A DNA stretch of 62,649 bases, filler included, from Phoronis australis (taxonomy: Eukaryota > Animalia > Phoronida), in NCBI GenBank assembly GCA_002633005.1. It is 3 parts of 3 records of this genome, joined end to end, with 100 filler letters (N's around TTAATTAATTAA, not from the genome) between each part and the next. Parts side by side here need not be neighbours in the genome. Positions count along the whole stretch, not along the records: positions 1 to 31,707 come from NMRA01001103.1; positions 31,808 to 55,270 come from NMRA01000277.1; 1 more part is not named here. One strand, written 5' to 3'. Position numbers and translations under genes: made by a program. Positions 26,601 to 37,356 of the stretch are shown in pieces. How positions within the stretch are numbered: position 1 is the first letter of the stretch; every line of letters begins with the position of its first letter. A model generated the notes under the pieces. The model saw only the letters and a list, made by a program, of their open reading frames with translations. It made no database searches and was not told where the DNA came from.

Positions 26601-29600
26601 GAGGTAATTAATGACGCACAGGTTGTTTGGTTGAACTAGTTGTTTACACAAGAGATGATTAAAACTATTAAGTAACAAATTTTGTTGATATTTTTTGTAA
26701 TCTACTGTCTCTCAACAATGTCAATTTAAATGTCTTCTGCTTTCCATAGGATGGCCACACACCGCTGCACCTGGCAGCACATAAGGGTCATACAGCCATC
26801 GTACAGTGTCTCATCGAACACGGGGCCAACGTGAATGTTCGTAATGAGGTAATTATTGACACACAGGTTGATGAACACAATACGTAACTAGGCTAATTAT
26901 TGCGTGTTTTAATTAAATAATCACAAATTGTGATTTTGTTTGTAAATGCTGTCTCCACTGCACGTGGAGTGACGTGCACGTGACGAGACGTGCTCGCGAC
27001 ATTAAGTAATTAGAAGCAGTTTTCTCTTCACCCGGAGTTACACAATGAGCAATGGTTCTTTACTTGCATTTCCATATCACTCACTAATTAAAATTAATGT
27101 GACTCTGTTGTACTACATAGAATCAAACTGTGATATTTAAAACCATATTATCAGTCGTGTGACTAAAACAGGTCAGCATTTAAGAAATATCGCTCATTTA
27201 TATCTGAGTTTAAATGCCAGGTGTAGTCGTGCTCTGTTGAGTCAGCCGCTTCATACACTAACTATGCAACTGATGGTGAAGTTCTGGAACAGAAAGGTAT
27301 AAAACGTGACGTCCTCTTGACACACCCACTTCGCTATATTTAATGATGACCAGCATTCTCTCATTTTTGTTCACTTTAGAATGGAGACACAGCATTACAC
27401 CTGGCGTCGCAGAGTGGAAAGGCAGCGGTCGTAGAGCTGCTTGTCAATGAAGGCAGTTGTGAGGTGACTGCCGTAAACAAGGTATCTCAAGAGTGCTGCA
27501 CTCCGAGCTTAGTAAATGTTGCAATAAACGTGTTTTAAATGAATATTGAGTTCGAGGAATTGTTCATTCATAATAAATATCTCATCAAAAATGAACAACC
27601 TCTTTACGTGGAGATATACAAAGAGTCACTTCTTCACTGCAAGTACCTTCCCAGAACACGCAGTGAAACCAGAGTCGCTGGTGTGATCATACTATTGGCA
27701 TACTAACTAAAAAACCAACCACACCATAAGGCGCCGAACACAGACACAGATTTTAATTTTCTCATCTCATAAAATTTTTAATCACTTCAGTGCACATTTA
27801 GGAACCCCACTTAAGTTTTTTTAGCCAAGATTGCTTTAAAAGGGGACTTTGAACAATCAGACTTCTAAGTCACATTGTCGCAAGTCCGTTCGGTGCAAAC
27901 TTTTCGATAGGATGGTAACAGAGCACAGCACTGTACACTCATCTGGCCGATGAGAAGATATTCCGCAAATAAAGTCGCTTGTGTTGCAGTTGCTAGTGGA
28001 ATTTATAATACCTACACACAAAATGTGTGCTATGATCAGGATCAATCAAAATCGTTTCCTTTTGAGTAAAATAAAAGAATATCTAAATATTCCGTTGAAA
28101 TGTCTATTCCTATTAACAATTTCAAAGAAAGTGTCGAATCCCATCTTCTATTAATTAAAACCATTTCATAATTACCAAGTACTACAAGATGTGTATTTTT
28201 GTCTCAAAACCTTTTGTTGATGCTACGATGGTCAAGACAAAAGTGACAAGACTAAATCGCGATGTTTGGTATGTCGGATCTTGAACACGAAATAAGAAAT
28301 ACGTAAACATTTTAGTTTGAAAGCCATCAAACAAGTTTGGTTCACCCCTCACAGTACCATCGTATTTCGGGTACCGGGACATAGTTCTCGGCGCAGCGCA
28401 TCAAATGCTTTTTGGAATAAACGTTCTGGTCAAAACCTTCCGCTAGACGTGCGCTTTCATAGAAATGCAATTACGCAAAAACTTAAATGAATGGACAAAA
28501 ATATTCATATGTTTAGGAAGGATAAGAGACTCGCATTTCTTAAGATGGATTTCATGTTACGACTGAGACTAAATCGAATCATTTTAATATCAAAAAAAAC
28601 TTTGTTCAAATTTCAACATTGTAGTGAGAAGAACGGTTTGGGGGTTTCAAGTTGTGAGACTGAGTTGTTGAACGTAACATTTTCCATCATGTGTGCAATG
28701 AGTGTATTCTGTGGAGAATGTGGAAGTTTTAAAACTCTTTCGGTAATAGCGTTTTGGGGATGGTTTATTATTAAAATATTTATTCGCATTCCACTTTATA
28801 GTTTCAAATGTATGAACTAATAGAATGACAACCCTTTCGTATTTACTTTAGTCACTTCCATCATTATTAAAGATGCTATATTACAGTATAATTCAATCAC
28901 TTTCCTTTCTATGAGATTTATCGGGTAACATAAACTATTATCGATGACTATGGTGCAACCTACTTTAATTTCTTAGGTGTGAGCATTTTAGTACCCGGAA
29001 AACAAAATAGTTCAACAGAGGAGAAATGGACTGCAGATTACTCGAATTTGCAATAACCTCCTCAAAGTGTCTTATTTGTGATCCGACTGCACGACTGTGT
29101 ATGTTCCTGGCGTGATTTGATTTATGTACTCTGTAATGATGTTAACTTCCGAGCTCCATACGACGTAAATTGGCATGGCTTGTTTGTAAAACGTATTTAA
29201 GCCACCGATCCGGTCATAACCACCTTTCGCCGCCACTTGCACAATCTTTTTTCTTATAAATTGTGAATTTTTAGGCCCCCAGTTTCGGCTTTAAAAACCT
29301 CAGTTTCCATTATTTTTTTCCGTACAAATTGTAAGTCATTCTTGACGCATACCTGTATAAATTGCCAAGGAGCTCCTTACTGAAAGATGCACAAAATCGT
29401 ACAAATAAACATGTAGAGAACTGGAAATGTGTGTATGTTTTAATATTTGATTGACGTTTATGAAGTGAAACTACATGTGAAGGGTTCGTTGCTCTATGAT
29501 TTGCATGTTTATGCTTCGACGAAAATCGGCAATTCTCCGATTTGCGAATAAAATCTGCCAATTATTAAAAAACATCTTCAGAAGATTGAGCTTCTAGACC

Positions 29601-31659
29601 CCCAAGCAACAAGTTCCGTAGATTCCAAAAAGGGCTAAGTATTTTAGTACTTTGATGTTTTAGGGCACTTTTACCAAGGAAATTCAGTGAACCGAGGTGT
29701 AGAGCTGAGACAATAACTGTGGTGTGTCAGTAAACGTTTTTTCATTGGTTTCCTTTTATAAATTCTGAATATTTGGCATGTAAGCCAGTGTGTTTGTGTG
29801 TTTCATGTATTTTTACCCTACATGTATATGCGCGTCTTTAGGCCAATACGTAAAATGAAATATTATAAAGCCTACAAAACATGCAAGTATACAAAGGATA
29901 TCCACCTGCGCCTATAAAAGAAGCATTATGCATGCGTTTGTGCGAAACATTTGAGTATGTAAATTTCCTTATGGCAGTTATATTGGATATAGGTGCAAGT
30001 GCCTAAATGTGTGAACCACACAATGCTCTCCACTGGGTTACACTTTTCACTGTTTACTTAAAAAATTTCGTATACTGTTCTTCTTTAGAATTAAAGTGCA
30101 TTACAATGTGCCAAGTAAACAAATCTCATACAGTGTATGCTCTAGTGGTCGAATGAATGTCAGTGGCATTCTGAATACGTGCTGTGTTGTTATTGAAACA
30201 GAGAGGTTGGTTCCTGAAAGCTATTCCCACTTCGACAAAATATTGACCAAATTCAGTTGTCGCGATATACATGTAGGCTGAGCATCACCTGTTTTGTGAT
30301 TAAGGCATTTTAAGATAGAAATCAGTGCTTGTCCGATGTTTCTTACACGACTACAATCTAAAGACTGTCGTGAAAACATCGGCCTCGCGTCATCAGCTCA
30401 TCATTTAGGCGAAGGTCAGTCGACGTCCGGTTGAGTGTCACCAGATCGCCAACAGATAATTCTACGACTTAATCTGCCGAAAACACTTTGCCTAATGGTG
30501 CTTCAGTTGCTGCGTGTTGACATCGATGGCACGGACTGCGCTCCGGAAAATTTCCAAGCAATTGCCCGCCTTCCATCGACAAAAATGCGAGCCACCTAAT
30601 TGTTTTAAACGTGATAGTGTCTTGATACTACCCACCAAGCACAATGATACCTTTGTTTCTGTTTGGCTTACTATTATACGTGTGTGTTAAGGATTTGAAT
30701 GCCCAACAGTCTACGTATTTTGATAATGCTTAAAAACATGAATTGTAACATTGTTAATGTTTGTAGTTTCTGAAACTAAACTACAAAATTTGATTTTTAC
30801 CTCTACTACTCTGTCATTATTTGCATCACGTGACTTAACAGAAAGGAAATGTACATGATAACAAAACAAGATTTTATTTCGTATAAATCTTTAAGATGAG
30901 ATCTCAAAACGTTGTTACTGTTTCTAATACACCTGTTCGTTTTTTGTATAACTCGTGAAGATCCCTGTTGACAGCCTCTCATGCAAAAATGCATTGTTTT
31001 AAAAACAATTACGTACAGTGTGTTGGCAAACAGTGCATAAAAATAGTTTCTGAGTCCGATCAATCCTTTTGAGATAGGGTACTCCGAAGTTATCCAAATT
31101 GGACATTTCCCTGGAACCCACACAATCTTAAAGAACAAGCGCCTCATACAAAGCTGCTGGTTACATATTTGAAAAAGCTTGAGTGAAGTCAAGGAGCAAA
31201 ATTTACAAATCAAGTGAACAAATAAGTTACGACACACGCTGGTGTGTCAGATGCTATCTGGAGAATTACTATCGACCACGTGATGCGTGAACAATTAGGG
31301 CATTTCACTTTGAATCTACATGCGCTATTCCCGTTCTCGTCCGTCTTTATTGAGAGTGTAATATCGCTCTATTCTGTAATACCCGAAATTGTTCGGCAAT
31401 AAAATGCCCTTCGTTATGTGACTGAAATAAATCATAGCTGTTTCATTTTGAACTTGGAGTAGTTTTTGACAGTTTAAATTTCATTTGCACGAGCTGTTCA
31501 TCCAGCAATTGAAAATCGTGCAAATTTGTTTTTGGTTCATCATTTCCATACTTTTTGTAGGAAGGCAACACGTCGCTGCACAGCGCGTCTTCACATGGCC
31601 GGCTAGCTGTTGTGGAACTGCTTCTGAAAACTGGTGTCGATGCGACGGTTGTTAATACG
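14632..31659 (+). CDS. Ankyrin-repeat protein, 3'-incomplete: join(14632..14658,14927..15016,25180..25275,25843..25941,26505..26603,26750..26848,27380..27481,31561..31659); at least 237 aa, 7 ANK repeats
   Basis: All junctions are GT-AG and phase 0, and the spliced frame is open: MDTKVNVDT|[30 protein letters not shown]|[13 protein letters not shown]...|[14 protein letters not shown]...|[14 protein letters not shown]...|[14 protein letters not shown]...|[14 protein letters not shown]...|[14 protein letters not shown]... The model ends at the linker at 31708. In-frame upstream ATGs exist at 14506 and 14521. Confidence 0.9.
14927..15016 (+). CDS. ANK gene exon 2 ([30 protein letters not shown]), N-cap-like repeat
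   Basis: TTTTCAG acceptor, GTGAGT donor, 90 nt, xEAAxxGN...GxDV motif. Confidence 0.8.
15940..17890 (-). pseudogene. CR1/L2-type LINE reverse transcriptase relic inside ANK intron 2 (interrupted; boundaries approximate)
   Basis: Minus-strand motifs in order: PGLDGFP-like (~17610), [12 protein letters not shown] (~17520), [24 protein letters not shown] (cf. LDxSKAFDxV), YLSNR...GV...PFILYIN (cf. YLSNRxQ...GVPQGS...LFILYINDL), and RFDYGDILH (cf. LDYGDILY). Confidence 0.75.
17885..18300. repeat. Tandem duplication, 2 copies of ~209 bp
   Basis: ACCATGTAATAACCTCTAACAAATTTGTGTAAGGAACAA at 17893 and 18102; both copies end GGGAAAAAAGGCAC. Confidence 0.92.
18567..24016. mobile_element. Putative non-autonomous Kolobok-type element or composite (TTAA TSD, AGGGGCATT termini)
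   Basis: TTAA|AGGGGCATTCATTAATCACGATGAAACGATTA at 18563; the reverse complement of the 24020 end reads TTAA|AGGGGCATTTCCTTATCGCAAGAAATCAATTA. No transposase seen, and the two ends could belong to different copies. Confidence 0.45.
21258..21424. mobile_element. hAT-like MITE
   Basis: TIR CAGTGCTGTAGTGG / CCACTACAGCACCG; flanks TACACGTG and TGTACGTG form a degenerate 8-bp TSD. A related truncated end (CAGTGGTGTAGTGG) lies at ~12777. Confidence 0.7.
24200..24550 (-). pseudogene. Possible highly decayed RTE-like LINE RT C-terminal fragment
   Basis: Weak minus-strand resemblance to the YLGS.I...G.C..E and CYG.ETW.L...SW motifs; requires several indels. Confidence 0.3.
25180..25275 (+). CDS. ANK gene exon 3 ([32 protein letters not shown])
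   Basis: TTTCTGCAG acceptor, AAG|GTAATA donor, 96 nt, canonical ANK motif. Confidence 0.93.
25843..25941 (+). CDS. ANK gene exon 4 ([33 protein letters not shown])
   Basis: CATAG acceptor, CAG|GTAATT donor, 99 nt, open frame. Confidence 0.9.
26505..26603 (+). CDS. ANK gene exon 5 ([33 protein letters not shown])
   Basis: CATAG acceptor, GAG|GTAATT donor, 99 nt. Confidence 0.92.
26750..26848 (+). CDS. ANK gene exon 6 ([33 protein letters not shown])
   Basis: TTTCCATAG acceptor, GAG|GTAATT donor, 99 nt, near-consensus ANK repeat. Confidence 0.95.
27380..27481 (+). CDS. ANK gene exon 7 ([34 protein letters not shown])
   Basis: CTTTAG acceptor, AAG|GTATCT donor, 102 nt. Confidence 0.93.
31561..31659 (+). 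CDS. ANK gene exon 8 ([33 protein letters not shown])
   Basis: TTTTTGTAG acceptor, ACG|GTAAGA donor, 99 nt. Confidence 0.93.
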
Positions 31660-31707
31660 GTAAGATAAGAGTGTCAATCAAATTGTGTGGTATGCTATCA
31701 GTATCTG

Positions 31708-31807
31708 NNNNNNNNNNNNNNNNNNNNNNNNNNNNNNNNNNNNNNNNNNNNTTAATTAATTAANNNNNNNNNNNNNNNNNNNNNNNNNNNNNNNNNNNNN
31801 NNNNNNN
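31708..31807. other. Artificial contig-joining linker N44-TTAATTAATTAA-N44
   Basis: Exactly 100 nt; the 12-mer places stops in all six frames; identical to 55271-55370. Confidence 0.95.
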
Positions 31808-32089
31808 CCCAGTAGCCTTTGCGCACCCTAATTTCCGGACATGCGCAATCGTTAAATCGATTCGGTTGCAACTCCGCTATTCTAAATGTCGTCTTGTCTT
31901 TTGCGCTGGCATTTTGCTCCGCCACAATTCCACGTTTCAAACACTCACTGACGCCTTGCTACGCGAGGCTACCTAATTCTATAAGCACCTCCTCGTGATG
32001 GTCACGTGACACAACAACTCATTTCTCTGACTCCGGCAAGTCTGCAAAAAAGCCCATTAATTGGTCCAGTTTCATAAAGTTCACGTAAG

Positions 32090-32200
32090 CAGTCGCGGAT
32101 TTAGGGGGGAGGGGGCAAGGGAGCAATGACCCCCCTAAAATTCTCCCAGATTCCATTTGGCAGCTCGGGGGTGCGAATGTCTGCCCTGNGCCCCTGTTTC
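32090..32200. mobile_element. Partial MITE of the same family as 3704-3865
   Basis: CAGTCGCGGATTTAGGGGGG...TTCCATTTGGCAGCTCGGGGGTGCGAATGTCT; broken at a single N. Confidence 0.6.
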
Positions 32201-32459
32201 TAGAGGTGTTTATCTGTATCATAAAAATGGCAGTTAAATGCCTTAGAATATATTGAACCTGTCCAAAAATGGGAAGGTAAGGATGTACAGCCGTTGACGC
32301 AAAATTACATTGCCACTAGGTTTGGGAGGCAGAGTAGTTGTACATGTCAGAAAATCAATGTCAGTCTCGGTCTTCAGTTAGTAATTGTCTTTCAAGCGGT
32401 TTGGTGGAAGGAGAAAATATTGTTAAAAGAGTACTCAAAATTGATAAAATGGCTACAGA

Positions 32460-32930
32460 GTGGTATAGAATACGTCAAATCCGCCCGAACATGAGAAGGC
32501 ATCGTGGCTCCCTCATAGAAAGCTATTTAGTAAATTCCATGAAAATCTGCCAACGAGTTTCAAAGATACAAAGGACAACAGAAAGAAAACATTTCCCGGC
32601 ACCAGGGGGCACAGCGATAGTCAGTAACATCCAAATGTCGCCGTCGTCCGTTGTCAAATTTATATAAATACACTTGAAAATTTTTATAAAGATCCTGTGG
32701 GGGGGTTTGGAAGATACAGCCATAGATGCAAACCAGTCTTTAGGAGTCACCGCGGTAGTCCGAGTGGTCCAAAAATCGTCATCAGCCATCCTTTACACAG
32801 CAGAAAGTAACATGGATGTCAATTTCCATCCTTAGAGTGGTTTGGTTGATAGAGGAGCGGACGCCAGAAACAGACTAGAAGACAGTGAACATGGCCACTA
32901 GAAGGCCCCAAATACGCCGTGTCTACCCAA
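32460..32930 (+). repeat. Dispersed copy of the ~435-bp repeat unit also found at 43755-44725
   Basis: Shared blocks GTCG(C/T)CGTCGTCCGTTGTCAA...TATAAATACACTTG...AAAGATCCTG...GATACA(G/A)CCAT and GGTTGATAGA...GGACGCCA...AAACAGACT. Confidence 0.75.
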
Positions 32931-35304
32931 GAACGGGAACATGTACATGTAAATACAAATACATGTAATACAATATTACACAGTACATGGAATTTCCTCA
33001 GAAAACGACCCATTGCACCTTGTCTGATACATGCGTAGTGATACATTACTTAAGAAATTGTATCATAATGAACATTGCCACAAAGTAAAGAACGGAAACA
33101 AAACGAAATTGAACGGAACTACACGAATAACACATGCATGTAAACAAAGAGAAAAAACAAACACCTCAGCATAGCTTAAATGTCAAATCAATTTATTACT
33201 ATTAAATTGAAAGCGCCATTCTAATTTTGGAGTAATAAAACATTATAACTACGATCTAAAAGGTATCAACCGTATTTATATAAAAAGTGAATTTTTCATT
33301 CCTACTCCAGAGATTATCAAAATGAAACCACCTCTCCGACTCTCAGCCCTAAACTACGCAGTTTCTTATCAGTTCACTTCTACAGCATTAGCCCCTCCCT
33401 AGACATACATTTTACATCTTCGCCCATACATGCATGTAAGATCACTGTTGCTATGGCGATCCCGCGCAGAGCTCCTACTTCCGAGCTACCCGGCACTAAC
33501 ATTCCATGTGATACGGGTTTTTTCGGCATGAATGTAATCTTTTTTGTCGGCTTGCTTAATTCTACTCAAATCTGGTCACGTGATCCGATTTGCGACAGGA
33601 TGACACACAGTTAAAACCAAAATCTACTGGCTTTTTACTTTCAGAAAATATTTTGCTAACAATGCTAATTTCTTCATAAATTTTTAGTCAAATGTAAAGA
33701 CCTGTCGATATTTAACATAACATATGTACGTCAGAGACTAAAGTTAAATTCGAAGGCAACCTTTTTTCATGTCAGTTTTAGCAAAAATAAGGTTCGTTGA
33801 TTATCCCAAACATATTTTTCACTTATTTACTGCTTTTCGCAATTTAATTAATTACTCGTCGTCTACTCAGGAAGTGACCTTTTGGGAGGCAAGAATTTCG
33901 CGCCAATTTCTTTTCATATAGTCTGACTGTGAGAGCAGTCGAGTCAGTCATTGTTCTACAGTTGTACCTTGGTTGTGATACATGTAAGTTCGGTCGAATG
34001 TTTGCTTGAACATCTGCGGAAACTTGTTGCACAGCTGACACTTATCACCGGTGTGACAGAAACCAGTGTCAAACTGTAGAAAATCGTCTCACCGGCATGA
34101 ATTTACATACAGTGTACTGTATCCAAGTAATTCAGTGACTGACTGGCCGCGTATGCTAACATCTAACAGGTCGGACAATGTCTCCGGGGGATCGATTCTC
34201 ATTCTTCATACGCTGGCGATAAATACACAAGTTACAAGTTCTGGGGAGCTTAAAAGTGCTGCAAAATATTCAGACATTGCAAGAATAAAGTATCGCATCA
34301 TGCTTGTTACCAAAGTAGACTGATAAAATTTGAGTCCTTGACGCGAGGAATCTGCTGTGGAAGTCAGTATGACGCATTTTTCGTTAAGTAGCAACACAGC
34401 TGACCAATGAGAATGAATTCCAATATATTCGACCAATCATGTGGCATACGAAAACCTAATCTGCTGGGTTCATTTTCGTATTTCACTTCACCGCAGTCTC
34501 CATCCAGTATAATAAAAGATCTGTATTTGTGGTTAACTTGTCTGAGAATTCAATTGTCACTGTCATATTACGTGAAATTTACTTGGGATCAGTAGGCCTA
34601 TTATCATTTATTGTGTGTCCACCCAACCTAGTCCATCGTGTGGGATCCTTTTTCTTTTAAAAATATATTGTTTTCGTAGCAATTAAATTGAATTTAGCTT
34701 GGCAGGAGTGGGCCACCATAAATGTCTATGGAAATCATGAACGAAGGATAAAACAGAACAGCGTGTGGCGGAAAGGTAAAAATGGCCAACGCAATTTTAT
34801 ACGCGTATTAATGAACGTGAGGTCGTCAGTAAACGAGACAATGTAGACGCCAAACATATTGCCTTTCAAATGGCTTTCAATCATAAATTCGGTTAGTTAT
34901 TTTTGCCAGAGATGCTTTCATTAATTCTCTGATGTAACAGAAAAACTGATTCGATAATCTCACATTTATTAGCAAATTTAAGAATATCAATATTTAATTA
35001 AAATTATGTAGAAAACATTAAAACGAAAAAATCCCATGGGCTCATTTGCAGGATTTACGGCGACCAGTTGACGAGAATTTCACAAAACAACATTTTTCTT
35101 TAATGTTTTATTAAGTGCTATCACTGGTAATATCATAATTTCCTTGCTCTGAATAACTGGAAAACTTCAGATAAAACTCCTCTTGGAAAATTACAAGTAA
35201 AGAAAACCAAATTTTTTACCATTTAATTTCTTTTTGACCAACTAAGACAGTACATTTTGGTTCTGATCTGGGCTCGGGTAATTTTTTAAAGCTGTGCATC
35301 GCTA

Positions 35305-35943
35305 ATGTTACGGTAATATAAACGAAAATGCATATGATCGGTAAAACAACTGGTGTTATGTTTCTCAACAATCGAGGCTGAACACAACGAAAATACACAT
35401 GATCGGTAAAACAACTGTTGTTATGTTTCTCGACAATGGAGGCTGAACATACATATTACGGTAATATAAACAAGAATACACATGATCGGTAAAACAACTG
35501 ATGATATGTTTCTCAAAAATGGAGGCTGAACATATATGTTACGGTAATATAAACAAGAATACACATGATCGGTAAAACAACTGATGATATGTTTCTCAAA
35601 AATCGAGGCTGAACATATATGTTACGGTAATATAAACAAGAATGCACATGATCGGTAAAACAAGTGATGTTATGTTTCTCAAAAATCGAGGCTGAACATA
35701 TATGTTACGGTAATATAAACTAAAATGCACATGATCAGTAAAACAACTGATGTTATGATTGTCAAAAATTGAGGCTGAACATATATGTTACGGTAATATA
35801 AACGAAAATACGCATGACTGGTAAAACAACTGATGTTATGTTTCCCAACAATCGATGCTTAACATATATGTTACGGTAATATAAAAGAAAATGCACATGA
35901 TCGGTAAAACAATTGATGCTGTGGTTCTCAACAATCGAGGCTG
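35305..35943. repeat. 83-bp tandem minisatellite, ~8 slightly diverged copies
   Basis: Unit GTTACGGTAATATAAACAAGAATRCACATGATCGGTAAAACAACTGATGTTATGTTTCTCAAAAATCGAGGCTGAACATATAT (e.g. starts at 35621 and 35704). Confidence 0.96.
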
Positions 35944-37298
35944 TCTCTCCCCTATCGTTCAGGTAGGTGAGTGAGATTTGGTTCCAAGATTGCAAATTTC
36001 AGTTCTGTTGGTCCGGCGGCTACGAGAAGTGTAAAAGACGAGTTAGCGGAGAGGTACTTTAGTCTTGTGTTGGAAGCCGTGGTTCTCCTTTGTATTTTTT
36101 TAGCTTCACCGTTGTCTCATACTCTTCATTTTCCATCTTAACAAATGAAGAATGCGGTAGGAGAGTCTTTTGACCTGTCCTGGGACTGGACATTAACAAA
36201 GTCATATCCACGCGGTCACTGCAGTAATCGGTGGTACATGTTATCTCAGCAGATGTTCCGAGCGTTGCTTGACGAGAGAACGGATGAGTGCCCTTCTTGG
36301 ATGGTGGGCTGACGTGTCCTGTATTATCTGAACACCATCGCCGACCAACTCCAACTCCTCGAAAAAACTCAGAGCAGCCCCATAGCGGGAATACCTAATA
36401 TACCCAACATTAATTCTGGTTGAAATCATATGACATTCTGTTTGTGAACTGTGATTATAACTGAATGCAACACATATATCAATTTTGGTATTGTCGATTT
36501 GCTGTTTTACGACTATGACGCATGGATGTGAACAAGCTGTTTACTATACTCATGTTGAAGGTAACCTTTCCTAACTTTTTCAAAGTAGGCCTAACACTCT
36601 ACAGTATATGTACTTCGAACTCGTCTTCACACAGGCTCTCGCTTCGTTTTGTTGCTCAGAAACCAGGAAGCCAGTAGTTGTCAAAAATTTTGAAAATATT
36701 TCATCTCGTCCAAAAATCTGTTGACTTGTTAGCACAATTTTTGATAAAATACAATCTGTATGACATGAAAGGGATGAAAAACGTTTTTGGGCATACAATG
36801 TATGAGACAAACTGATTGAAAATATTAGCTTTAATCAGAGCTACACGTACATGTAGCAATCAACGAAATTCCTTGTATTGGGGATTTTATTGCAAGTCCT
36901 CTATTCTCGTCGTCGTCTGCTATTCATTAGCTGAAGTCGAGGCCAATGACTTGTTCAGTTAAATACGATAGAAATACTCGACAAATTCCGTACGGGGTTC
37001 ATCCATACTAGCAAAGTGTCGAATCCGTCTTTCGAGCTGATCTCAAAAAACCAAAGGAATCTCCGATTGTGTTAGTTGTGCTGAAGTGAGCGATATTGCC
37101 AACGCGTGCTGTGTTTTTCTACTTAATGTGTAAAGTTGTTTTTATACCAAGAGAATTTTTAACAATAAAATTTCCAATGTTTTTAAAAAATTCAAACGGC
37201 GTGCCACTTGGACATTGACGGAACATTTATCATCAAATGGTTGTATGTATAAGTCACATGACATGTAATTGATAACTCCACACGTTTCAGAAAAGACG

Positions 37299-37356
37299 AT
37301 GGAATTTGAATGCTTGTTTCTTACTGTTCTGGTCGTTTTGGTGGGAGAAAGTCTCG
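37299..37356 (+). CDS. Signal-peptide exon of the Cys-rich secreted protein
   Basis: TTTCAG acceptor at 37290 (implies an upstream non-coding exon), ATG at 37299, CTCG|GTAAGT phase-1 donor matching the next exon. Confidence 0.8.

Larger units (their letters stand above)
25711..26749 (+). repeat. Intragenic tandem duplication of an intron-ANK exon-intron unit (25711-26087 vs 26373-26749, offset 662)
   Basis: By-eye alignment: 6 differences in the 132-nt upstream intron, 10 in the 99-nt exon, and 1 in the first ~63 nt of downstream intron. Confidence 0.93.

Noticed and set aside
31752-31763. TTAATTAATTAA as a biological palindrome or homeodomain site
   Set aside because: It is centred in symmetric 44-N flanks at two places, so it is an assembly linker.
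35950-36430. Minus-strand coding-like stretch (GAALSFFEELEL..., MENEEYETTVKLKKY...)
   Set aside because: Interrupted by stops, and no motif could be assigned with confidence.
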